Origin: Chiloscyllium plagiosum
Lineage: Eukaryota
Direction of reading: 5' to 3'
NCBI RefSeq assembly: GCF_004010195.1
Contig: NC_057719.1
Coordinates: 24,244,279 to 24,280,354 of the forward strand
DNA: 36,076 nucleotides
In this document: piece after piece, positions 12,046-22,954 of the stretch
Layout of the letters: every line of letters begins with the position of its first letter
How positions within the stretch are numbered: position 1 is the first letter of the stretch
Translations under genes and position numbers: made by a program
Notes under the pieces: generated by a model
What the model saw: the letters and a program-made list of their open reading frames with translations, nothing else
Database searches by the model: none
Told to the model about the DNA's origin: nothing

Positions 12046-12164
12046 TTTTGTATTCCCTTTTTACTTCCAAGTAACGATTCCAAGTAAGCAAAGCTTAGTG
12101 CTCGATAAAAGCAGTTGCCATCACCAAGTGTTTTTCTGAAGTAGGCATATTTTCGACTAATATC
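12046..12164 (-). CDS. OTUB2: OTUB2 exon 3 (catalytic Cys)
   Basis: tttaaag| acceptor and |gtaagt donor. Translates DISRKYAYFRKTLGDGNCFYRALSFAYLESLLGSKKGIQ(K), with the OTU GDGNCFYRA motif. Confidence 0.95.
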
Positions 12165-14849
12165 CTTTAAAGTAAAAACTCACATTTAAGTTAACAAGTA
12201 CTTTCCAATTCAGTTCTTTCAAATTTAAGTCACATGCATGAAGTTTGCTGAAAACCTTTACCCAATGAAATCAGCATTGGTTTTCCAGCAATAAATGGAA
12301 AGTAGGCCTTTAGGAATTTTGTTGAAGGGTGTCTTGGCATGCATATGAAAAAAGCAAATTGTTATATCAGCAATTTTTTTTTAAGCCAAAGATGAACTGA
12401 GTATTTGGAAAGTATTTGGAAATTTCACATTAGAGTCACATTAAAAAAAAATTAGGTTGAAGTTTTGGTGTTGAATTATCAGTATGACAAATGATACATT
12501 TTGTTGAAGCTTTGTTAAATGGTTGGTTCATCATAAGTCAAGCTATTATGCTTATTAAATTTACAAACTGGCTGGACTAGAGAGTTGTTAATGACCTGTC
12601 CACATACCACACAAAGGTTTGTTGGTTTGATCACAGTGGTAATAAGCTTGTTAGCCAAATATATTATTTGAAAATATATATGATTATGCGATGTTTTAAA
12701 ATGAAGTCCTAACAATACCCTTCCAGGAGATGAGAGAAAAAGCTATTAGATAAATAATCTTAAAGGCTCAGGCAAGCATTGGAATGACAATCTGAAAAAT
12801 GCTGAGAGACCAGGAAAAACTACTCGAGAGTCATTTATAAAACATTATTAACTACAATTAATTTCTTTGCATAAGTTAGATAAAATTGTTCACTATTTTT
12901 AAATAAAGATCGCTTTTAATATATGACCATTTTCAAAGCTGAAAATGGTGTATGATTGAAAAATAATTAGTGAATGATACCTTAACAAAAGATATATCTG
13001 AGTCTTAAAATAATAACCAACATTCAGGAGGTTTGAGGAGCCAGGTTCTTATAAATCATACAAGTGATTTATAAGAACCAGTATTCAGGACTGAAAGATT
13101 TAAGAAAACAAAATGCAACAACCCAACACACTAAAAAGAAGGAAAACAGTTAAAACTGTAATTGTTTGGACAGCATCTGTAAAGGAAGATAATGTTTTAA
13201 GTATAAATAACTGGCAAAGTTATTACACCTGAGCACCTTACAAGTTCATAAGGTAGCCATCTGTACAATGTTCCAATTCTGACCATACCCAAAAAGTTAA
13301 ATCTTCTCTCTTCTTAGAAGCTGCTATACTTATTGTATGTTAAGAATCAACTTTCTTAAGCATATAAGTGTGACTAGGGGGACAGGCTGACTTTAGATGT
13401 CATAATATGTTAAAGATACAAGTTTGACTGTATATGAAGCACATGTGGTTTTTATATAAGTCCAGCAAGAATTCCAAGAGTGGATATTTTTGGCTGGGTG
13501 TCCATATTAACCAAAAGGTCAATGATACAAGTCTTTCTTTTAAAAATGCACTGCAGTTCTGATCGAGAGAAATGTACACATCCACTATGGGAATTGTATA
13601 ATCTATCCAGTTTCTGAAATCAGTCTGATCATAAAGAATGTGTAGAGTGACTTTGGGCATAATGTGTAGCCCATGAATTTCTTAAACTAGTAATTCATTC
13701 TTGGACTAGATTTTCAGTGCCCAACTAGGATGTAGGTCATATTATAATCTGTTTATACATACTATTGGGTAATTAAAATAAAGTCATGTGTCCATTTCAA
13801 TTGCAGTGTGTAGTGCATTGTTAGGTGTGTGTGTGTTTAAAAAAAAAAATCAGTGTTATCTAATCCAATACTTATTGACAGCTGCCCAAACAGAAAAGCT
13901 TTGGAGCACAGGCTGTTGGCCCACCAGCTTGGCAGAGGTGAACCTCTGAACATCCTGAAAAACCTGTTAAATAATTTAAGTGTACAATGACTACTACAAT
14001 GCCATGTTTACTGCATGTAGGACTAAACAAGATGCTATCAAACAATAGATTTCCAGAACAGTTTACAGGACAGAATTAAGAAATTAGGCACAATTTAACT
14101 TGTAAAGTTTAAATTTTGAAAAATGGCAGTATCATGACTCGCCCCACACGACTAATATACGCAGATACCAATCTGACTCACTCTATAGTTTTAGACTGTA
14201 GGCATTTTTGCACAGAGAATTAATATTCTTCTCACAGCTGTCCAAAAAGGTTAAAGACCTTAATATAACATTGCAGGCACATGTTGGTCTAGATGTTACA
14301 GTCGTAATGGTAAAACCGTTAAGAGTTCACTCTCAATTCACCTCTGAAAGTGAACTTCTGGATTGCACATGTGCAGACGAATGCAGAAATCCAAAAGTTG
14401 CTGTCAGTATTTGTACTCTCTAACTCCAGACAGCAATCAATGGAAAATCAACTGAAGTGACAAAAAGTTGCACTCTAAATGTAGTCTCACTTCCTACACT
14501 TTCTTGAATTAAGTGTAACTGAGTGTACTGATTTAATAATTAGTGCTATTCTTAGCAGCCCTGAAAACCTAATTTGATATTTGTGGAGTATTAAATTTGT
14601 CAATAACAAAAATGATTTTTGAATCTGTTTTTAAATGTTCATCTTTATTTTAGTTTCTACCTTAAACTAAAAGTGAAGATTATTAATAGGTTTCTACTTT
14701 CTGGTTTGCCAATGTGATTGGCTCTTTACCTGCCCGCTGCTGCCAGCCAAAACATAATTGTGACCAGCTAGCTGTTTTAAAGGAACATTGGCAAAGAAGA
14801 AAACCACATTAAAAAGATCTTACCAGGGCAATAATGAGGGAACGTCTGG

Positions 14850-15350
14850 AATGTTTTGCGCAGTTTGCTCTTCTTACTTAGGAAAGAATATAATTACAAT
14901 CAAAGCAGATTGGTAAATTTTCATAGGACAAATTTCTGGGAAGATGGGTTGAGCAGACTGGGCTTATACCCATTAGAATTTAAAAGAATGCAAAACAATT
15001 TGATTGAAATGTTTGAGATTCTGAGTGGGTGTGAGGGGGTTTATGCTAAGAACTTGTTTCCTTTCCCCAAGACGGAGTCTATAAAGAAGTTTTACAATTA
15101 CAACTAGTTAAGAGGGAGATAAAGAGAATGCTTTCTTTTCTCTCAAAGTTAGTCTCTAGAATGATCTCCAGAGAGTAGCGGTGACGAGTCATTAAATATA
15201 TATAAAGTTAAATTGACTTTTGATCAGCTCGGGAATGAAAGGTATGGAGTACTGACAGGGAAACAGCATTGAGGCCATGAGCAGATCAGTCACGATTTTA
15301 TCAAATGGCAGAACTGACTTAAGGTGGCAAATGGACCTATCCTCATCTTA
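14850..15350 (+). mobile_element. Degraded CR1 3' end
   Basis: The ORF remnant LSRLGLYPLEFKRMQNNLIEMFEILSG is typical of the CR1 ORF2 C-terminus. The tail ends ...AAATGGACCTATCCTC. Confidence 0.75.
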
Positions 15351-15495
15351 ATTGTTTTCTTGTTTGTGGATAGCCTTCATTCAAACCAGTAGTGGGTGCC
15401 TTGCTTAAGCAATAACATAAACTCCAGGCCACAATTAGTGAATGCCATGGTAAACAGAAGCATCATCATAGAGTTATAACTGAACAATATCATAC

Positions 15496-15588
15496 CTGCA
15501 CTTTCTTTTGGTAAACTTTATCTTCAGGATGTTCTTCTCCAAGTGCGATTATATCATTTTTATCAGAGACTATAGAAACAGATCCAAA
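15496..15588 (-). CDS. OTUB2: OTUB2 exon 2
   Basis: tctttttccttctgttatgaag| acceptor and |gtatg donor. Translates FGSVSIVSDKNDIIALGEEHPEDKVYQKKVQ, aligning with the recalled OTUB2 N-terminus (LISEK.DI....DHPE...Y..KI). Confidence 0.88.
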
Positions 15589-16089
15589 CTTCATAACAGA
15601 AGGAAAAAGACCACTTTAAGAAAGCATGGAAATTAGTACTCAGAAGAAAATTTTTGTTTTTTAAAATCCACAAAGAAAAATCTGTGCATTTGACACCTGA
15701 GTAAAGATCCAATATACAAATATTTTGCAATCAATTTCTTGCTTATATTCCATGAGTTACAGTTTACAAATAGCAGAAAAACTAGAAGTGATTGATTTCT
15801 ACCTTTCCTCTTGTAGGAAACATGAGTGGAACAGCAATGAAAACATTAACCACTCAAGATGACAGGATTTCATAGATATTAAAGGCTGCACAGAATACAG
15901 GATAATAAAACAAGAGGTTGACAAGAATATAAAGGGCAGGCCATCTTAGTGTACAAGTAGTCAAGAAACTACAATAGTGAGCCATTAGTCATACCATTAT
16001 CTACTGTCTTTCAAAATAATGTAAAGGTGATTTTCTTTTCCTTCAGTGCACCTATTCAGCATGTTGTGCAGAAATGCAGATTATCAGAG

Positions 16090-18260
16090 ATAAGACCACA
16101 AAACATAGGAGCTGAATTAGGCCATCTGGTCATGGCCAAAATGTTTCTCAATCCCATTCTCCTGCCGCCTCCCCATAATCCTTGATTTACCCCCATCCTC
16201 ACCCCCACCCTTACCCCTACCCCTGCTTAACAATCAAGTACCAATCTATCTAGCTTAAATACGCTCAATAACATGGCCTCCACAGCAGTGAATTTCACAA
16301 ATTCACCACCCTCTGGCTGAAAAGATTCCTCCTTATCTCAGTTCTAAAGGGTCACCCCTTCACTCTGAGGCTGTCCCATTGAGTCCTAGTCTCTCGTATT
16401 AGTGGAAACATCTTCTCTGTGTCTAGGCCTCTCAGTATTCTGTAAGTTTCAATCAGATTCCCCCCGCCCTTATCCTTCTAAACTTTATAGAGTCCAATAG
16501 ATTGTTACTTGACAATCCCTTTATCTGCAATATCATTCATGTAAACCTCCTGTGCACCTACTCCAGTGCTGGCTCATCCTTAAATACGGGCCCAAATACG
16601 GACATAGTCTTCAGCAGACCTTGCTTCCACAACATAGCCTCAGCAGCACATCTCTGCTTTTGTGTTCTAGCCTTCTTGAAAAGAATGCTAACATTGCAAT
16701 TGCCCTCCTAACTGCAATTGAACCTGCATGTTAACCCTAACTGAATTAAGACTCCTAAGTCCCTTTGTACTTCAATTTCCAAAGCTTTTTCCTGTTTAGA
16801 AAACAGACTACACCTCTACTCTTCTTACAAAAGTACATATTCTCACACTTTCCCACATTGTATTCTATCTGTCACTTCTTTGACCATACTCCTAGCCTGT
16901 CCAAGTCCTTCTGCAGCCTCCTTGCTACCTCAATTACCTACCTCTCCACCTATCTTTTATGTCATCTGCAAATTTAGTAACAACGTCCTCAGTTTCTTCA
17001 TCCAGATTGTTAATGTAGAACATGAATTGTTGTGATCCCAACACAGATCCCTGCTGAATTCTATGAGTCACCAACTGCCAACCTGAAAAAGACCCCTTTA
17101 TCCCCACTTCTGCCAATCAGACAATCCCATATCCATGCCAATACCTTGGCCCAAACACCACGGGCATTTATCTTATTTAGCAGCCTCCAGTGCAGCACCT
17201 TTTCAAAGGCCTTCTGGAAATCCAAATAGATCAGGTATACTGGCTTTCCCTTGTCTGACTTGCTCATTATATCACTGAAGAATTATAACAGATTTGTCAG
17301 GCATGACCTCTCCTTCAGAAAGCCATGCTGACTAAGCTCTATTTTACCAAGCAATTCCAATACTCTGCAATCTCATCGTGAATAGATTCTGCGAATAGAA
17401 CCACAGCATGGATTCTAAATTCTTACCAATTACAGAAGTCAGGCAACTGGCCTATTGTTTCCTGTCTACTGCCTCTCTTAAACAGGGGTGTTACATAGAA
17501 CAGTACAGCATAGAACAGGCCCTTCAGCCCACAATATTGTGCCGACCATTGATCCTCATGTATGCACCCTCAAACGTCTGTGACCATATGCATGTCCAGC
17601 AGTCTCTTAAATGTCCCCAATGACCTTGCTTCCACAACTGCTGGCAACAAACTCCATGCTTTCACAACTCTCTATGTAAAGAACACGCCTCTGACATCCC
17701 CTCTATACTTCCCTCCAACCAGGTTAAAACTATGACTCCTCGTGTTAGCCACTTCTGCCCTGGGAAATAGTTACATTAACCATTTTCCAGTGCTGTGATA
17801 CCCTCCATGTGATTCAGTGTACAGATCACCACTAATGCCTCTTCAATCTCCTCAGCTTTCTCCTTCAGAATTCGGGGATGTAGTTCATCTGATCCAAGAG
17901 ATTTATTTACCTTCAGAACTTTCATTTGCCCTAGCATTTTCTCCTTAGTGATGACCAGTAAACTCACATCTGTCCCCTGACTGTCTGGTACGGTGTTGGT
18001 GTCATCCACTGTGAAAACTAATGCAAAGTACATATTCAGGTCCTCTGCCATTTCTTTGTTCTGTATTACTATTTCTCCACCCTCATGTTCCAGGGATCCC
18101 ATGTCCACTCTTGCCCCTCTTTCCTTTTAGCTATCTTAAAAGAAAATTGCAAGAGTTCTTTTATTATATTGCTAGATAGCTTACTTTCATATTTCATCTT
18201 TTCTCTCCTGTCATTTCTTTTAGAGTTATCTTCTCCTGTTTTTTGCTTCCCACTAAACTT
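16090..18260 (-). mobile_element. CR1 LINE, RT region to 3' end, degraded
   Basis: Minus-strand ORF remnants: NKEMAEDLNMYFALVFT, YLDFQKAFEKVLHWRLLNKI, QGSVLG..FMFYINNLDE...KFADD. Confidence 0.9.
17497..17769 (-). mobile_element. Nested CR1-type 3'-end insertion with 7-bp TSD
   Basis: Starts with the tail (c)atagaacagtacagcatagaacaggccc. GTTACAT flanks it at 17490-17496 and 17770-17776. Confidence 0.75.
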
Positions 18261-19321
18261 TGTTATACTGTATGCTTTTTCTTATGAATGCAAAAAGATT
18301 AGTGCAAAGATTGTCAGCAATTGCTTCATTGACCACTGCATCTGCCACCCAAAGAATACATTTGAACACAGCAGACTTTTACCACATAGCACAACAAATC
18401 CACAAAATTTCAAGTAATCAAATTCAGTGCATGGGTTGGAACACTGAACTATTGGAGTTTAGCTTCAAATCTAATTGGCAATCCCACTGAAAGCCTACAA
18501 GAATAGCTAGGTGGGAAAAATGGACATTTCACAACGATATAGTGCTGACATTAGGGTTATGGGACATTAATGGAGTCAGTTTAGAACAAAAAATTAACAA
18601 ACACCAAAAGAAACATCTGTAAACCCTGAACCAATACAGTGTAGCTTTATTAATACAACATAACTGTATAAACAACTGCATAATACAAATAAAAAGAAAA
18701 TGCAACATTGATCCTGTTTACCAAAGCAAAGTATCCATCAGGTTCACATTTCAGGTCTGTGGCTTTTTATCAGAAGATCTGAAATGTTAACTGTCAATCC
18801 ACAGTTGCTGCCTGACAGACTGACATTTACATCAACAAGCGCAGACTTTGCAGGAACTTATATTACCTGCCCACAAGAACAACACCTTTCCCCTTGGTTT
18901 AAGGAAAGCACATTTCATTTTAAATTCACACCACAATTAACTTGTTGCAAAACTCTTGCACACTTCAAAGGACAACCCACGAAGACGACAACTACATCTT
19001 CAAGCTCACTGCTTCACAGCAGACAGGTGAGAGCACAGGAAGGGTATGTATCTTGGTCAACAGAACTGGTTACACTTTCCCTGGCTTGGTGCTGTGACAG
19101 TGACAACTAATCTATAAAATCTACTGGGGAATAGTGGTCAACAGCCATCCTGTTTCATCTCAGTCCATCCATCCTGTAGCTGTATTCCTCAAAACACAAC
19201 CCTCCCCCCACCTCCCAACTCCATCCTTCGGAATTATGATTACTCCTCACATTGGCAGGAAGGTGGGCCGGGGTTAAGAGAAGGGAGTGAGGGGGGAGGG
19301 GGAAACCCCCCCCAGACTTAC

Positions 19322-19333
19322 TGCACCATCCAT
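19322..19333 (-). CDS. OTUB2: OTUB2 exon 1 coding part (MDGA)
   Basis: GCAATGG strong Kozak context, ATG GAT GGT GCA|gtaagt consensus donor, phase 0 joining exon 2, in a CpG-rich region. The spliced CDS totals 714 nt (237 aa). Confidence 0.75.
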
Positions 19334-19379
19334 TGCACCCACAGTGGAGGAGGACAAACGGTGGGTACTGAGCTCCTGC

Positions 19380-19530
19380 CGTGCACTGAGATGCAGCACG
19401 GAGCCCGCGATTGACACATTGCTCAGGAGGGAGACGTCACTGGCCCCGCCTACCCGACTGCAGGAAGTGACGTGGGGGACAAGTCACAATCAGTGGCCCG
19501 GCCCCCGCCGGGGGTCAGGTGGCGGGCCAT
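19380..19530 (-). promoter_or_regulatory. OTUB2 GC-rich proximal promoter: CRE-like site, GC box, ETS-CRE composite
   Basis: GACGTCAC at 19433-19440, CCCCGCC at 19444-19450 and GGAAGTGACGT at 19463-19473, just upstream of the putative first exon. CpG is much denser than in the flanks. Confidence 0.65.
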
Positions 19531-20412
19531 TCAGAGGATGAGGGGTGGGTGCAGGTGGTGCAATCAGAGCAGCGAGATGCTGAGGGAAAGGGAGGTGGTC
19601 CAATCAGCACAGCGGGAGGCTGAGTGAAGGGGAGATAGTCCAATCAGAGTAGCGATAGGCTACAGCGGAAGGATGGAGAGGCGATCCAATCAGAGCAGCG
19701 CAAAGTTGAGGTGTGGGAAGAGGAGGTCCAATCAAGAGGCTGGAGGGGGTGGAAAGAGTGGTCCAGTCAGAGCCGCGGGAGGCTGAGCGGTGGGTGTAGG
19801 CGGTCCATTCAGTGCAGTGTGAGGCTGAGGGAACGGGAGGCGGTCCAATTAGAACAGCGGAAGGCTGCGGGCAGGAGAGATCGTCCAATCAGAGCAGCTG
19901 GAGGCTGCGGGCAAGGATGATGGTCCAATCAGAACAGCGGGAAACTGCGAGCCGGGGAGATAGTCCAATCAGAGCAACGAGAGGCTGCGAGCCGGGGAGA
20001 TAGTCCAATCAGAGCAGCGGGAGGCTACAGGCAGGGGAGATGGTCCAATCAGAGCAGCGGGAGGCTGCAGGCAGGGGAGATGGTCAAATCAGAGCAGTGG
20101 GATGCTGCGAGCCGGGGAGATGGTCCAATCAGAACAGCGGGAGGCTGCAGGCAGGGGAGATGGTCCAATCAGAGCTGCGGGAGGCTTTAGACAGGGGAGA
20201 TGGTCCAATCAGAGCAGCGGAGGGCCGGGGAGATGGTCCAGTCAGAATAGCGGGAGGTTGCAGGCAGGGGAGATGGTCCAATCAGAATAGCGGGAGGCTG
20301 CAGGCAGGGGAGATGGTCCAATCAGAGCTGCGGGAGGCTTTAGACAGGGGAGATGGTCCAATCAGAGCAGCGGAGGGCCGGGGCAATGGTCCAATCAGAG
20401 CAGCGGGAGGCT
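19486..20412. repeat. ~40-bp minisatellite, ~22-24 units, each carrying a CCAAT-box motif
   Basis: Consensus TGGTCCAATCAGAGCAGCGGGAGGCTGCAGGCAGGGGAGA. CCAAT-like cores fall at 40-bp steps from 19805 to 20205, with 33-bp variant units. Degenerate at the left end. Confidence 0.95.
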
Positions 20413-20713
20413 CCGGGCGGCCGCGTTGGCGCCAGGAAGGTGGTCCGAAGATGTGTCCCAGTCCGTGTCTGTTGCTCGTGTTATTGAGCTGTTGGGATCA
20501 GTGTGTGTGTGAGAGACATTGTCAGAGGGCGGCATGTTCAGCAGCTTGCCATGTGGGCGACACTTGAGGTGTATTTTCAACCTTTATAACTCCTGTTCAA
20601 TGTATCAGACTGTCAGCATGGACAGGTTGGACTGAAGGGTTTGTTTAATGCTGTGCATCTCTGTGACTATATGGGACCAAGCAGATGATACAGGTTGTGT
20701 TGCAAAGGCACTT

Positions 20714-20845
20714 TCTGAAGAAGAATCATATTAGATTCAGTATTAACTCTGTTTTTCTCTTCACGAATGTTACCAGATCCCCTGAGTTTCTCCAACTCTT
20801 TGTGTGTTTGTTTCTGACTTCCAGCACCCGCAGTATTTTGCTTCA
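20714..20845 (+). mobile_element. Penelope-like terminal-repeat fragment (second subfamily)
   Basis: CTGAAGAAGAATC-atatta-GATTC...CTGAGTTTCTCCA...TTCCAGCA is similar to 24178-24300. Confidence 0.6.
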
Positions 20846-20891
20846 GTTAAAAGAGCTATTTAAATATGGCAATCGTGAGTGAGAAACAGGA

Positions 20892-21470
20892 ATGGTACCA
20901 CTGCTAAAAGTACTGAAGTACGAAGCTGTTTTCAAGCTAAAAGTCACAACATTCACTAACTTGTCAAAGAACTATGCTGTAGCAAAGGAATTCAAGAAAA
21001 AAAACTGATGTGAGGATAGATTAGATTCCCTACAGTGTGGAAACAGGTCCTTCGGCTCAACCAGTCCACACTGACCCTCCGAAGAGTAACCCACCCAGAC
21101 CCATTTCCCTCTGACAAATGCACCTAAACCTATGGACAATTTAGCATGGCCAATTCACCTGACCTGCACATCATTGGACTGTGAGAGGAAACCAGAGGAA
21201 ACCCACGCAGACATGGGGAGAATGTGCAAACTCCACACAGACAGTCGCCCGAGGCTGGAATCAAACCTGGGACCCTGGTGCTGTGAGGCAGCAGTGCTAA
21301 CCCCTGAGCCACCATGCCACCCTAAAGGGAGAAGGAGATAGAAGGAGAAGGAATCCACTTCGTAGAAGATCTGAAAGTAATTACATATCAGAACAGGGAC
21401 CAGCCTGTGGCCTGATATTGAGAAACATGCATTAGAATGGGTCTTCAAAATCGTCAGAATCATCATCACC
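20892..21470 (+). mobile_element. pogo-family (Tc1/mariner) transposase N-terminal fossil, interrupted by a SINE
   Basis: MVPLLKVLKYEAVFKLKVTTF...NYAVAKEF lies before the SINE and RTGTSLWPDIEKHALEWV after it. These resemble the Brinker-like DBD and CENP-B HTH of POGK-type transposases. Confidence 0.6.
21017..21322 (-). mobile_element. Near full-length HE1-type tRNA-derived SINE (V-SINE)
   Basis: The minus strand begins GGGTGGCATGGTGGCTCAGGGGTTAGCAC (A box), then GGTTTGATTCC (B box), the V-domain TGTGTGGAGTTTGCACATTCTCCCC, and an (AATCT)n tail. Confidence 0.9.
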
Positions 21471-22324
21471 CAACAATCACTTAAGTGTGATACAGTTACG
21501 AAGTTTATAAGGCTTTCATTGAATATCAGAAACAGGTTATTTTTCCAGAGATCTAGAGAAAGAGCATCTACAACTCTAAAGGACCTATGGTTCAACCTGC
21601 CAGAATGTATGTGGTCGCTCACGCTTGAAGTAACAAAAATCAAAAGGAGTTAAATGAAGTTGAAAGATTTACCTAGCACACACCAGAATGAAGATCTCCA
21701 GTAACACTCTCACTACAAGCATAGTTCTCAAGCTAGATGTTACCAGGTAGGTAAGGTTAAAAAGTAAGTTTCAAGTTAAGAATCATTTGGACTGATTCTG
21801 GGGGCATTGAACGCCCACTTAAAAAAAAGTGTTATGTGCACCAGTTGAGTGTTTTTGCAGTTGTGTTTAAAACAAGAAAAATATTAGTTTCTGTAATTTG
21901 AAGTGTAAGTTGCTAACGATAATAGTGATTAATTACTTAGGCTTTTAGTCTTTTCATTATAGTAAACATCTTGAGCGGCAAAATATTGGAATACCATCGT
22001 TTCAATAATTAATTGAAAGTTCACATTGTTTTTTAAAAGTTATCAATATATACTAATGTCCTAGTATGTGGCCCAAATTAAGCCTTAAGTCCAATAAAGA
22101 TTTCAAACAGCCAGTTGATGTAGACATTTTATGGGACAAAACAGCTCAATATTGTGACAGAAGACCAAAATTACTAAAATACTACACCAAGAGACCTCTG
22201 CTAAAATTACTGAGTTGCAATTCCTCATGATTAGAAAATGGTAAAACAAAAAGTATCCATTAAGTCACATTGGCAACATGGATTGAATGCCTATGGATTT
22301 TGATTTGCCCTGCATCCAATCTGT

Positions 22325-22930
22325 AGAATGCAAAGATGCCAACTCATCTACAAATTCCAAGACTTCAGACTTTGCTCCCCATTCTGCAACTGGATCCTTG
22401 ATTTCCTGATCCAGAGATCGCAATCAGTAAGGATAGGTGTCAGCACCTTCTCCATAATAATCCACAACATCAGTGCCCCACAAGGCTGTGTACTGAGCTC
22501 CTATACTTCTTATCCACACAACTGTGTGGCCAAATTCTGCTCTAATTCCATTTACAAGTTTGCTGACAACACCACGGCAATGGGTCGGATCTTAAACAAA
22601 GACAAAGCAATACAGGAAAGAGATAGAGAGCTTAGTGGCATGATGTAAAGACAACTACCTCTCCCTCAATGCCAGCAAAACAAAGGAGCTGGTCATCCAC
22701 ATCAGGAAGTGGGGTGAAGTTCGTGTCAATGGTACTGAGGTGGAGATGGTTGAGAACTTCAAGTTCGTAGGAGCAAATTTCATCAACAATCTGTCTTGGT
22801 CAATCCACATTGACACTACAGTCAATAGAGTACACCAACGCCTCTACTTCCTCAGAAAGCTAAGGAAGTTCGGTATGTCCACAAGGACTTTTGCCAATTT
22901 TTATAGATGTACCATAGAAAGCATCACAGT
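22325..22930 (+). mobile_element. Rex1/Babar-type LINE RT fragment
   Basis: Translates CNWILDFL..RSQSVRIG...APQGCVLS, IYKFADNTT, and VENFKFVG...LSWS.H...QRLYFLRKLRKFGMS...NFYRCTIES. Confidence 0.8.
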
Positions 22931-22954
22931 TTGGTTGAGTTTTTTTGAAAAGCT

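Noticed and set aside
19486..20412. CRISPR-like appearance of regularly spaced conserved motifs
   Set aside because: The context is a vertebrate genome, the spacers are homologous to one another, and there are no cas genes. It is a minisatellite.
20040..20567. 175-aa ORF and overlapping ORFs at 19604-20290
   Set aside because: These are by-products of the GC-rich 40-bp tandem repeat. The same peptides recur in all frames because the unit is not a multiple of 3.
21240..21322. tRNA-like A and B boxes
   Set aside because: This is the head of an HE1-type SINE continuing into the V-domain and tail, not a tRNA gene. The same applies to 28260-28330.
21155..21643. 162-aa minus-strand ORF
   Set aside because: It spans the antisense of a pogo fossil and runs into a SINE, with no recognisable domain. 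Likely a chance ORF.
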